IMG/VR virus record: IMGVR_UViG_2541047913_000007
Direction: 5' to 3' (one strand)
DNA: 64,000 nucleotides
Origin: a virus
Lineage: Duplodnaviria; Heunggongvirae; Uroviricota; Caudoviricetes
The notes under the pieces were generated by a model. It was not told where the DNA came from. It did no database searches and worked only from the letters and a program-made list of their open reading frames with translations. The translations under genes were made by a program, and so were the position numbers. Below, piece after piece: positions 1 through 8,543 of the stretch (position 1 is its first letter; each line of letters opens with the position of its first letter).

Positions 1-1563
1 GAACCGTACGGCAATTTCACCCCCCTTGCTGAGAAGATTTTTTGCCTCCTCCACTGCAACAGTACGGAACATTTTCCAGGACGTCAGTTTACCGGGCTGT
101 TTTTCCAGTCGCAGCGCTTTCCGTCCACCGTCATCAGTCACAGTGCCTTTGCCACCGGCAGCCCCCCACTGCTGCTCTGTCCATACACCATTTCCACTGT
201 TCGCATCATATTCAGCCACCGTCCTGGTACTGCTCACGGCCTCATCATGACCAGTACCAGCAACACCGCCATCCTGCGGTTTCTCAACACCCGGTACCCC
301 CGGACTGACATCATCACCGGGAGTTGTACCACCCGACTGCGGTGCGCTCTGCCCGGTAAGGAACGATAATGTCCGCCCGGCGTACTGCAAAATGGCACCT
401 GCCAGGCGGTCTGAAACAATGCCTCTTCGCGCCCATGAACTGAAGTGCGTTTTACGATCGGCTGCCGTCCAGTTACTGGCAGTGCGTGACGCAGCGCCAT
501 AGTATCCCGCCGGGATAATGTCCGGATCTTCTGACGGCTCGTTTGTCGGCACATTCACACCATGCTCATCCGTCATCAACGGCACAAAGAAGATTTTTTT
601 TGCGGATTTCGTCTTGTATGCACCATACACCGCATCGTATTGCGAAGAATAAGTCTGCTTCCAGTAGTAGGTCGTGTCGCCACAAATCCAGGGAACCGAT
701 GACGGAGAGCCCCCGATACACTGACCTCCGAATTCCGACAGGTCAGAACGATATTTTTCCACCATGGAATCAAACAGCCCCGGCTGAGTGGCGTATGCAC
801 CCTGTTTCAAATCAAACTCGCCCTGCATCCAGACCACTGCAAGCAGAATATTTTTAGGGTTAGCCTTCAGTGCGGCCTGAGTACGGGTAAGCAGGTCCTT
901 GTACAGTGGCTTATCTACACCCCAGCGTGCCGAGGTCTCGCTTGCGCCGGTGGATTCGCTGAAAGTACCTTCATCGCCCTCCAAAAATGCAGAACCACCA
1001 CGGCAGCACGGAACCAGAAGAATACCGGCATTCGCCGGAATAAACGGCAGCAGTTTTTTGGCGATATGCAGCCCCTGCCCCACGGTTCCGTACTGCCCCT
1101 TTGACAAGTCCGCTTTCGGATGGTTAAGACGGCTCATGTCCTGTACATCATGCAGACAATGGTCCGCCGGAATGATGTCGTTATATTTACAGGCGACACC
1201 ACCCGGTGTCACCGTACTGCGACGCGCCAGTTGCTTAATGCGCGGGTCCGGACGGTCATATGTCTCCGGCAGCGGCAACCCTTCACCAAAAGACATTGAG
1301 TTTGACTGCCCCGCCAGAACAACAACAAAGTAATACTCCGGTTCGCTGGTGGTGCTGATAACTGTGCCTTCTCCATCCGACGGCTTCACCACCACAGGTG
1401 TGGTGACATCACCTTCCGCCGCAATGGCCTGCATCAGGGTATAAGGCGTGATGGCGACAGGGCTGCCAAATGGCTGCCACCCCTCCTTCAGTTTTTGTGT
1501 CAGTCGCTCCGCAAGGTCTGACGGCGACGCCGCCCTGACCACATCGTAGTGTTTAAATGTCAT
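1..1563 (-). CDS. NanS-p-like sialate O-acetylesterase (DUF1737 N-terminus + SGNH/SASA domain), N-terminal 521 codons; C-terminus beyond window
   Basis: Minus-strand frame open from ATG at 1561-1563 to position 1; translation begins MTFKHYDVVRAASPSDLAERLTQKLKEGWQPFGSP and contains VLAGQSNSMSFGEG (GQSN esterase motif); absent from ORF track because no stop inside window. Confidence 0.7.
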   Translation of the reverse strand, partial: MTFKHYDVVRAASPSDLAERLTQKLKEGWQPFGSPVAITPYTLMQAIAAEGDVTTPVVVKPSDGEGTVISTTSEPEYYFVVVLAGQSNSMSFGEGLPLPETYDRPDPRIKQLARRSTVTPGGVACKYNDIIPADHCLHDVQDMSRLNHPKADLSKGQYGTVGQGLHIAKKLLPFIPANAGILLVPCCRGGSAFLEGDEGTFSESTGASETSARWGVDKPLYKDLLTRTQAALKANPKNILLAVVWMQGEFDLKQGAYATQPGLFDSMVEKYRSDLSEFGGQCIGGSPSSVPWICGDTTYYWKQTYSSQYDAVYGAYKTKSAKKIFFVPLMTDEHGVNVPTNEPSEDPDIIPAGYYGAASRTASNWTAADRKTHFSSWARRGIVSDRLAGAILQYAGRTLSFLTGQSAPQSGGTTPGDDVSPGVPGVEKPQDGGVAGTGHDEAVSSTRTVAEYDANSGNGVWTEQQWGAAGGKGTVTDDGGRKALRLEKQPGKLTSWKMFRTVAVEEAKNLLSKGGEIAVRF

Positions 1564-1744
1564 GAATCCTCCCTGGCGGGATAATGTTGTGAGTCAGATA
1601 AGGAGCGAGCTGAAGTCCGGAAGTTACAGGACAATGGCAGGAGGAAGACTACAGCCCGCAATACGAAAAAGGCCGCGCAGTTGCGCAGCCTTATGAATTC
1701 TGGTTAAAATCCATTCGATTATAAAAATGTATATCTCATGCTGT

Positions 1745-1776
1745 TGCCCGAACCCACTCGGGCTTTTTTTTGCCCA
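1745..1776 (+). terminator. Hairpin plus T8 tract (gcccgaacccactcgggc tttttttt), intrinsic terminator-like on plus strand
   Basis: Inverted repeat followed by run of T read directly. Confidence 0.4.
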
Positions 1777-1783
1777 CAAGAAA

Positions 1784-2035
1784 GCCCCTCCGGAGAGGGG
1801 CTAAAGCCGCGTATCTGTATCATCATGCACATGGTGCCGGGTGCCTCCCGGTGAGTTCAGCCCGGTGCCACTAAACCCGCGTCATTCTCGTTTTGATAAT
1901 CAGAGATTATACCGTCACCAGTCGCCCCTCCGCTCAGGGGGATTCACCATGCGAAATTTTTTTAACAAATGCCCAGTCTGACAGGCAACTGTCAACTTAC
2001 TGAATTGTGAGCAACATAGCATTTAACGGGGAACC
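1784..2035. repeat. Direct repeat unit A (~250 bp) with internal hairpins gcccctccggagaggggc and cccctccgctcaggggg
   Basis: Long blocks shared with unit B: aaagcccctccggagaggggct, gccgggtgcctcccggtgagttcag, gggggattcaccatgc, ctgaattgtgag. Confidence 0.7.
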
Positions 2036-2049
2036 TGTTTTCTGCAGTA

Positions 2050-2082
2050 AAAAGGCCCACCGGAGCGGATGGGCCTGGAAGG
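2050..2082 (-). terminator. Hairpin ggcccatccgctccggtgggcc followed by T-tract on minus strand
   Basis: Inverted repeat plus tttttact on minus strand, in spacer between repeat units. Confidence 0.4.
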
Positions 2083-2268
2083 ATAGCGGTCATGTGATGC
2101 CGGTTTCCCGGTAACTCAGCACCGGTATCTGAGTCAACGTTTTCTCTACTGGGTCATTTCCGATACGCCCTGCCTGCTGACAGGCTTTCATCACATCTGA
2201 AAATATAGCACCCTGACTGATACTGTAGTACCTAAGGTTCCAGAAACTGTGATGTATCCGGCACAGAA

Positions 2269-2520
2269 AAGCCCCTCCGGAGAGGGGCTGGAGAGTGGCG
2301 CTATGTGCCATTGCATGATGCCGGGTGCCTCCCGGTGAGTTCAGTATCAGCACCTGAACCCGCACAGAAAGGATAAGGGTCGGTGACAAAACACCAGTCG
2401 CTGATTGCCCCTCCGCACAGGGGGATTCACCATGCCAGTTTCTTTTAACAAACTCCCCGCAAACCAGACAACAGTCAACCGCCTGAATTGTGAGGTATTT
2501 AAAAATTTCAACGGGTAACT
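2269..2520. repeat. Direct repeat unit B (~250 bp), diverged copy of unit A
   Basis: Same conserved blocks as unit A in same order. Confidence 0.7.
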
Positions 2521-2618
2521 GATACCCTGCTAATCGCCTGATGCTTTCTTTTTCAGCAACGGGAAAGCAACAACCACCACACCCACCAGCCGCCCATTTA
2601 CCACAAATAAAAAAGCCT

Positions 2619-2939
2619 TCAGGACTGAAGGCGTCTGTAACAACCGAACTGATAGTCTGCCAGCCCCGCCATAACAAGCTGGGTCAGTATTAACTGGCAG
2701 CGTTCACGTGAAAGGTAAGTATTCTGCGCAATCTCCCCGACTGTCGCCGGTTCGGTGGCACTTAATTCATTAAACACCACTCTGGCGGTTTCGGTCATAT
2801 CCTGCTGTTTTAGCATGTCTTTTTCCATTTTCTGGTTAACGTAACATACCAATAACTCTTGTCGGAAAAGCCAGCAAGCTGAAAGACCGGTATTCGCAAC
2901 CACCAGCGCGTTTAATGTTCTGTGCCGTTTTTCAGGCAT
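2619..2939 (-). CDS. Hypothetical small protein, possible winged-helix DNA-binding fold, in the position occupied by stx in Stx phages; start uncertain
   Basis: ORF-track 106 aa; ATG abuts the U-tract of the upstream terminator so the true start may be an internal Met. Confidence 0.4.
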   Translation of the reverse strand: MPEKRHRTLNALVVANTGLSACWLFRQELLVCYVNQKMEKDMLKQQDMTETARVVFNELSATEPATVGEIAQNTYLSRERCQLILTQLVMAGLADYQFGCYRRLQS

Positions 2940-2963
2940 AAAAAAACCCGCAAAAAGCGGGCT
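2940..2963 (-). terminator. tR'-like intrinsic terminator downstream of Q (hairpin cccgctttttgcggg plus U7 on minus strand)
   Basis: Perfect 5-bp GC stem and 7 T on minus strand, ~80 nt after the Q stop. Confidence 0.6.
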
Positions 2964-3040
2964 CTTTCAAATGTCCATGTCTGCTATTCGCCTCGTGGTA
3001 CGGCTTTGCGAAGCGTACCGGAATTGAAGCAGTTTTTACG
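2964..3040 (-). promoter_or_regulatory. Putative late promoter pR'/qut region between Q stop and tR'-like terminator
   Basis: Position only, by analogy with lambda Q-pR'-tR' organisation. Confidence 0.3.
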
Positions 3041-3607
3041 TCAAAAAGCAATAACTTTTTTCTCTATACCAAAAGCCATAACCATTGGTTTGTACAAAAT
3101 AAATTCTGCCACCTTTAGCCAATGCTCAATGCGTCTTTCACAGGTTCTTAAACTCCATTCCGGGTGTGCATCATTCAGCAGTTCAGCCATTTTGCGCTTA
3201 GTCATCCCCCGCCCCACATAACGCTGACTCAGGACATTGAGCAGCCCGGGATAGCCTGCCAGGACTTCGCCAATAACCCTGTCGATTATTAACGCCTCTG
3301 AATCGGTACAATGTGCCAGCCAGCTTTTTTGATTGCCGTTGATCATATCCCGCAAAAAAGCCTCAAGTTCAGGTTTGTCCAGACCAGCTTTTTTCATCCT
3401 CCGGAGCGCCTCGTTAATTGCCGTTTTTGTCAGCTTTTTAGAGGTCAGTAATTGGTTGAACATATTTCCCGTCTTACCGCCGCCAATATACGACCAACGC
3501 CCCCACATCCGTAATCGCCCTTGGATCCAGACTGCTTCCAGCGTTTTTAGGCGTAAATGCTCGCCGCTTTTGCCTGTAATTTCCGGATATATCATATTTA
3601 CGCTCAC
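3041..3607 (-). CDS. Late-gene antiterminator Q (lambdoid Q family)
   Basis: 188 aa, directly downstream of rusA with GTGA stop/start overlap, followed by intrinsic terminator; context and size typical of Q. Confidence 0.7.
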   Translation of the reverse strand: MSVNMIYPEITGKSGEHLRLKTLEAVWIQGRLRMWGRWSYIGGGKTGNMFNQLLTSKKLTKTAINEALRRMKKAGLDKPELEAFLRDMINGNQKSWLAHCTDSEALIIDRVIGEVLAGYPGLLNVLSQRYVGRGMTKRKMAELLNDAHPEWSLRTCERRIEHWLKVAEFILYKPMVMAFGIEKKVIAF

Positions 3608-3969
3608 TCACTCTCAATTTTGTAAATCTTCACACCCAGCCGTCCACCAGATACTGGCTGACCACGTACAATATTGATTTCATCAAACTGCTCGTCATCA
3701 ATGAGCACTCCCGCATGCGTCAGCGCATCCAGCGGTGCTTTCAGAATGTTGTCCAGGTCGCGACGACGCTTATCCGGTGGCTCTGCAATCACCTTTATCG
3801 CCAGCCTTCCGGACAGGCTTAATTTCAGCCGCTGCTGGCGAACAATAAGCGCCACAGCCCGGCGATAACGCTTTCCCTCCTCCGAGATAAAATATGTGCT
3901 GCCACGGCGTCGCCAGTAAGTGTTCACCGTCGGCGGGTAAGGCAAAACAAATTCTATGCGTTCGGTCAT
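3604..3969 (-). CDS. rusA: RusA Holliday-junction resolvase
   Basis: 121 aa; motifs PYPPTVNTYW, RRRDLDN, LIDDEQ closely resemble E. coli RusA. Confidence 0.85.
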   Translation of the reverse strand: MTERIEFVLPYPPTVNTYWRRRGSTYFISEEGKRYRRAVALIVRQQRLKLSLSGRLAIKVIAEPPDKRRRDLDNILKAPLDALTHAGVLIDDEQFDEINIVRGQPVSGGRLGVKIYKIESE

Positions 3970-5028
3970 TTATGCTTTCCACTTCAGAACACCCGAATTT
4001 CTCGCGTGCATTAAAAAACGAATCAGCAACAACAACTGACTGCCGTGTTTTTCTTCAAAATCTTTTACTCCGGCATGTAGTTTGTTATGGCATTTACGGC
4101 ACAACGGAATAACAAACAAATCGTCAGCCTTTGTTCCCATACCTCCCAGTCCATGACCAATGATGTGATGCGGATCATCTGCCTGATTGCCACACGTCAT
4201 GCATTTCTGCGTTTTTACCCAGCGCGTGTATACAGGCATCTCTTTCCGTTGTGGTTTCTGGCGCTGGAGGTACTGAGCCGGAGACTCCGGATCAACGGCG
4301 ATGCTTACTAACGTCTTTTCCTGGGGTGGGGGCTGTTGCTGGTGGACGTGAAGTGGCAGCGCAATATTTTTTGTGCGCTGCTTCAGTATGCTGATGGCTG
4401 TCTGTTCTCCCGGTACGATGTCACTCTCACGGTATACGGAGCGGATTTTTTCCACCGGTAATCCCAGCGAACGACGCAATACAGACTCCGGAAGCGCATC
4501 AGCCACCTGATGACAAACCGCCCACCAGCATAACTCTGCCAGCGACAGTTCCCGCTCCTGTGTGCCATTCATTGCGTGACGTATGACATCAATCATCCTG
4601 GCTGCCAGATTCTGCTGAGCAAGTTGATCGAGTGATTCTGATGTCTGGTCGCGCAGCTGGTTGTCACAGTGCCAGCACAACACCATCGCGCCGGTACCGT
4701 AACGGTGAATGACGGTTTCGCTGTGATGATAATCACCGTGTGGCCACTGGCAGGATTTCACGTGACGTAATAACCAGTCAGACAGTGCACCAGCGCCACC
4801 CGCAGCACGAATCACCCGTTCGTTGCTGAAAAATGGCAGTAATGTTTTATCCTCTGCCAGCGGCTGTCGAACGGCAGGAACGACTCCGGACGGCAGATTA
4901 CGCATGCTTTTCGGTTCCGGCTCCACCAGTACCCGGGTATTGTGGAATACCGGCATGGATTCACGGCCCGGCTTAACGATCACCAGCCCGAGTTCCGGTA
5001 CCAGAACAGGTCGAAGTAATACCCGCAC
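3970..5028 (-). CDS. DUF968 family phage protein (YdfU-like), HNH-like C-terminal cysteine/histidine motif; start uncertain
   Basis: 352 aa; C-terminal CMTCGNQADDPHHIIGHGLGGMGTKADDLFVIPLCRKCHNKLH; conserved position upstream of rusA-Q. Confidence 0.65.
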   Translation of the reverse strand: MRVLLRPVLVPELGLVIVKPGRESMPVFHNTRVLVEPEPKSMRNLPSGVVPAVRQPLAEDKTLLPFFSNERVIRAAGGAGALSDWLLRHVKSCQWPHGDYHHSETVIHRYGTGAMVLCWHCDNQLRDQTSESLDQLAQQNLAARMIDVIRHAMNGTQERELSLAELCWWAVCHQVADALPESVLRRSLGLPVEKIRSVYRESDIVPGEQTAISILKQRTKNIALPLHVHQQQPPPQEKTLVSIAVDPESPAQYLQRQKPQRKEMPVYTRWVKTQKCMTCGNQADDPHHIIGHGLGGMGTKADDLFVIPLCRKCHNKLHAGVKDFEEKHGSQLLLLIRFLMHARNSGVLKWKA

Positions 5029-5029
5029 G

Positions 5030-5308
5030 TTACCTCCAGATGCGTTGCTGGAATGTGCGGGACGGACGCGGTGGGCGTTCAGAGTAAGGAAGCCTGACGG
5101 AGATTATCCAGTGACGATAATCGAGGCTGAGGGTTTTCCTAAACTCATACCCACGTCTGCGGTAGTTCTGAATCAGCCATTCGGCCTGTTCTTCAGTGCA
5201 TGGGGCGTGCTGTAACCTGTCAGATTTGAATGCATGAGAACGCCGCCCGTGCCTGCTGGCAAAGACGGCTGAATTATCAGAATTGTATAATTTGGTATCG
5301 TGCGCCAT
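5030..5308 (-). CDS. Hypothetical phage protein (start taken at internal ATG)
   Basis: ORF-track frame 5030..5389 begins with TTG; first ATG gives MAHDTKLYN... Confidence 0.35.
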   Translation of the reverse strand: MAHDTKLYNSDNSAVFASRHGRRSHAFKSDRLQHAPCTEEQAEWLIQNYRRRGYEFRKTLSLDYRHWIISVRLPYSERPPRPSRTFQQRIWR

Positions 5309-5384
5309 CGGTTGTCTCTGCTGGCGCAGCAGGTGCCAGTTGTTCAGGCTGGCGTGCGAATTGTAAACCAGAATGCCAGGAAAA

Positions 5385-5412
5385 AACAAAACCCGCCGAA
5401 GCGGGTTAAGTG
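5385..5412 (-). terminator. Intrinsic terminator downstream of hok (hairpin cccgcttcggcggg plus U-tract)
   Basis: Inverted repeat followed by ttttgtttttt on minus strand. Confidence 0.5.
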
Positions 5413-5475
5413 CGGGTGCGTTGAGGATGCCTGACTCATCAGAGGTGGCGAGGGATTTCTCCCTCGCCAGGTCTC

Positions 5476-5631
5476 TTACTCCTCAGGTTCGTAAGCTGTG
5501 AAGACAGCGACCTCCGTCTGGCCGGTTCGGATTCGTACCTCGCAGAGGTCTTTCCGCGTTACCAGTGCCGTCACAATGACGGTAATACAGATGACGATCA
5601 GGGCGACTAACATCGCCTTTTGCTGCTTCAT
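5476..5631 (-). CDS. hok: Hok/Gef family type I toxin (HokD/RelF-like, 51 aa)
   Basis: MKQQKAMLVALIVICITVIVTALVTRKDLCEVRIRTGQTEVAVFTAYEPEE is near-identical to E. coli HokD. Confidence 0.9.
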   Translation of the reverse strand: MKQQKAMLVALIVICITVIVTALVTRKDLCEVRIRTGQTEVAVFTAYEPEE

Positions 5632-5639
5632 AGCCTGCT

Positions 5640-5720
5640 TCTCCTTGCCTTTCGGCGTGTAAGAGGCTAACCTACATGTGACTAGCATGAAATTGGCCTC
5701 AGATTAATGTTAAGCGTCCT
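5640..5720 (+). ncRNA. Putative Sok-like antisense RNA region opposite the hok/mok leader (position inferred, not delimited)
   Basis: Established hok/sok architecture; no boundaries verified in sequence. Confidence 0.25.
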
Positions 5721-5867
5721 GCAAGACGCATAATGTTAACTGGGGCTTTTCTCTATCTGCCGTTGGTGTTCATGCCCGAGGCAGATAGCCTCAAGCACCC
5801 GCAGCAATTCTACTTAACTCACGTCACCTCGCCAATATGAAATCAATCAGAAAGGTGATCCATAAAA

Positions 5868-6554
5868 TCACTCCTTCTCTTCTTTTCCGTAGTGGAGTTG
5901 GCCAATTTTGATAAGAGGGCGTCCCTGAGATTTGCGGTGTAGATTGGTATCGCGCAGAGAATACACACAGCCACAATATTCCTGCTGATAGAATTTTTCG
6001 CGCTTGCTGATTTCAATCATACGGGACGAGCCGCCCTGCTTGCGCCAGTTATAATCCCAGTACACCATACCCGGATAATGCGCAACAGCTCGCCGCCCAC
6101 ACTCGTTAACCTGCTGCATATTTTTCCAGCGTGAAATGCCCAGTGAACTGCTGATCACACTGAAACCATTTTCAGCAGCGTACAACGCTGTCCGCTCAAA
6201 ACGCATGTCAAAACACATGGTACAACGGATCCCCCTCTCAGGCTCCCATTCCATTCCTTTGGCACGTTCAAACCAGTTGTCGGTGTCGTAATCAGCATCG
6301 ATAAACGGCACGCCGTGTTGTTCAGCAAAGCGAATATTTTCATCCTTACGAATTAAATACTCTTTCTGAGGATGAATGTTCGGGTTGTAGAAAAAGATGG
6401 TGTAGTCGATTCCCGAGGCCTGAAGCGCCTCCATCACTTCACCGGAACATGGAGCACAGCAAGAGTGCAGTAGTAGTTTGTTTGCCCCGTTTGGGAGTTC
6501 CAATTTAGGCCGTTTGAAATCAGCAATAGTCATAAATATTTTTATTGGGGTCAT
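5868..6554 (-). CDS. DUF208 / QueH-like protein (epoxyqueuosine reductase family candidate)
   Basis: 228 aa; N-terminal [14 protein letters not shown] and C-terminal [11 protein letters not shown] cysteine motifs characteristic of DUF208. Confidence 0.6.
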   Translation of the reverse strand: MTPIKIFMTIADFKRPKLELPNGANKLLLHSCCAPCSGEVMEALQASGIDYTIFFYNPNIHPQKEYLIRKDENIRFAEQHGVPFIDADYDTDNWFERAKGMEWEPERGIRCTMCFDMRFERTALYAAENGFSVISSSLGISRWKNMQQVNECGRRAVAHYPGMVYWDYNWRKQGGSSRMIEISKREKFYQQEYCGCVYSLRDTNLHRKSQGRPLIKIGQLHYGKEEKE

Positions 6555-6707
6555 GAAAATAGCACAGAGTGTAGCATCAGAGCAGGGCTATCGGGAATAT
6601 ATGTCTAAATCTGGTAATATCTGGTTTTGACGCAAAGCGGACAACCACGCTGGCTCTACCCTGCGCCATGAAAATGTCAATTCACATCTGAACTAATGCT
6701 CTTTAAT

Positions 6708-7103
6708 CTAGTAACGTCTAAAATACCTAACATTTCCTTGATAAAATGCCAGTACACGCTGCATAACTTCGCTCTGGCGGCACTCACGACAAATTATGTT
6801 CTGCCGTCTGTTGTAACGACGTATTTCTCCGTCAGGTAACTTTCGAATCAGTGTCGGGTCAGCAGCCTTCTCCGGTGTCTTACGCCATACGCGATACGCC
6901 TGCTCTGATGGAAATACCCCGCAATCAGAGAGCCAGACATCACCACTGGCCGCAAGCGCACCAGATAAACGACGAATAGCGGTCTTACTGACACCCGTTT
7001 TATCTGCCAGTTGTCGAAAAGTTTCTCGTCCGCTCAGGCGCACGAATTCCACAATGCGCGCCTTCACTTCTTCCCGCTCTTCTGGTGTAAATACTTTTGC
7101 CAT
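6708..7103 (-). CDS. Hypothetical phage protein with HTH-like segment
   Basis: ATG at 7103 preceded by ggagg; segment LADKTGVSKTAIRRL. Confidence 0.45.
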   Translation of the reverse strand: MAKVFTPEEREEVKARIVEFVRLSGRETFRQLADKTGVSKTAIRRLSGALAASGDVWLSDCGVFPSEQAYRVWRKTPEKAADPTLIRKLPDGEIRRYNRRQNIICRECRQSEVMQRVLAFYQGNVRYFRRY

Positions 7104-7118
7104 AAGCGCCTCCGGCAA

Positions 7119-7844
7119 TCACTTTTCCGACACAATACGACCGGATGAATCGACAATCTGTCGAACAATATCCCGGTGCTTGTTCAGCTCCCGCAGCGCG
7201 GCGCAGACTCGCTCCCACTTCTGAACCTGACCTTTTGCCCGGCGCAGCTCGCGGTTAGCCACATGCAGCGATGGTAAAATCAGACCATCCGGATGTTTTC
7301 TGGTGAACGACGGCTGTGACTGCACTGTGACCGCCACACTTTCCGTTTTTATTTCTTCCTGTGTTTCTGCTTCCCGGACAGGTAACGCAACACCTGCTGG
7401 CTGAGGAAAGGCTTTACCATCGGTTTCCGCTACGGATGCAGCTTCCGGCTCTGCCGGTAAATCAGCGCCCGGTATGCAGTAACGAAATTTACCGCCCTGA
7501 TTCACGCGAATCAGACGCCCTTTGCTGATTGCCATGGCCAGCGATGAATTCGCCCGGCGGGAGGTAATCCCGAACATCAGTGCCAGCTCATCCGCCGTTT
7601 GTGGGCCATGTTGTTCAATCGCCTCAGTCAGCATTTGCGCTGTCACTTTCGGTACCGGTGACACCGGTTCACTTTCACCAGCCTGAATCAGCCGCCACAT
7701 CGAACCCTTGTTATCCGCTTCACCGCGGCGCTTCAGTTTCCACAGTTCGTTGACCGCATCTTCACGGCTGATTCCAAGGCGGGCCGCCACTACCTGTGAA
7801 GAGGCTCTTTTCAGTGCTTTCAGTGCGTCAAATACGGTTTCCAT
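7119..7844 (-). CDS. Hypothetical phage early protein with N-terminal winged-helix-like domain (DUF1627-like)
   Basis: [38 protein letters not shown]-terminus; ATG at 7844 preceded by ggagg. Confidence 0.45.
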   Translation of the reverse strand: METVFDALKALKRASSQVVAARLGISREDAVNELWKLKRRGEADNKGSMWRLIQAGESEPVSPVPKVTAQMLTEAIEQHGPQTADELALMFGITSRRANSSLAMAISKGRLIRVNQGGKFRYCIPGADLPAEPEAASVAETDGKAFPQPAGVALPVREAETQEEIKTESVAVTVQSQPSFTRKHPDGLILPSLHVANRELRRAKGQVQKWERVCAALRELNKHRDIVRQIVDSSGRIVSEK

Positions 7845-7877
7845 TAAAATTTCCTCCGACAAAATCGTTTCTCAGAT

Positions 7878-8543
7878 TCAAATAAAACCAGCTGCCTTCC
7901 GGCGTTCGTATTCCTGTTTCAGCCGTTCAATTGGCGTTGGCCCTTGCGGGTGTTTCGCCCCTTCCAGTTGTCGTCGCACTGGCGGAACACTCATCCCGTT
8001 ACCAACATGCTTTGCCCATTTCGTCAGTTGCCGTTCCGCAAGTCGTTTTAACTCACCCTGCGTCATCTGGCGCTCAATCCCTCTGGTACGCATTTCGAGG
8101 CAGATGTGGTACAGCACAGGCTGTGGCCACGGGTATTTATCACTCCCGTCGTATCGCCAGGATTCATTGCGCCAGCGCCGGTACTCTTCCATCACTGCAT
8201 CCACCGTAAGACCAAATGGATTTGCCCCACTCTCCGAAATCAGTGCAACAAACTCAGCCAGGTCCGGGGGCCACGTTTCACCCGCCCGGCAGCGGTCCAT
8301 GCACTGACGGCAGACCAGCCGGATTTGCTGTTCAGTCATCGCGCCAATCTGGGCAATCCAGAGCTTCGAAGGTGCGGCCCCGTTCTTCTGGGTCCAGCGG
8401 TTCGAATACACCTCCCCCATAAGCTCCCACAGCTTCCAGGCCGTTTCCGTCGCTGATAAATCCGTTTTCACGTTCCCACTGCTCACGTGCTGCCCGAATT
8501 TCCTGAACTGCCCGTGATGCGGTGCCACCTGGTGCTGCTGCAT
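7878..8543 (-). CDS. Lambda P-like replication protein (helicase loader); 5' end overlaps O-like ORF in another frame, start uncertain
   Basis: C-terminal YPWPQPVLYHICLEMRTRG...TQGELKRLAERQLTKWAK parallels lambda P; adjacent to O-like gene. Confidence 0.6.
   Translation of the reverse strand: MQQHQVAPHHGQFRKFGQHVSSGNVKTDLSATETAWKLWELMGEVYSNRWTQKNGAAPSKLWIAQIGAMTEQQIRLVCRQCMDRCRAGETWPPDLAEFVALISESGANPFGLTVDAVMEEYRRWRNESWRYDGSDKYPWPQPVLYHICLEMRTRGIERQMTQGELKRLAERQLTKWAKHVGNGMSVPPVRRQLEGAKHPQGPTPIERLKQEYERRKAAGFI

Noticed and set aside
26-1333. Plus-strand ORFs 26..250, 42..308, 543..857, 899..1333
   Set aside because: They lie antisense to a long in-frame minus-strand ORF with clear esterase motifs; Pro/Ser/His-rich low-complexity products typical of antisense frames
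1700-2560. tRNA genes or CRISPR array in the Q-to-late junction
   Set aside because: No cloverleaf-compatible sequence with a T-loop GTTCGAATC-type motif; only two long direct repeats with no spacer-repeat periodicity
2090-2677. 195-aa minus-strand ORF spanning repeat unit B
   Set aside because: It runs through hairpin/repeat sequence and ends at a terminator; composition (Cys/Gly-rich) looks non-protein-like; more likely non-coding repeat
2964-3040. stx toxin genes downstream of Q
   Set aside because: No ORFs of appropriate size with signal peptides between Q and the esterase gene
7708-8456. Plus-strand ORFs 7708..8307, 7931..8209, 8106..8456, 8216..8422 in the replication region
   Set aside because: Antisense to the P-like and O-like genes; Ser/Pro/Arg-rich products
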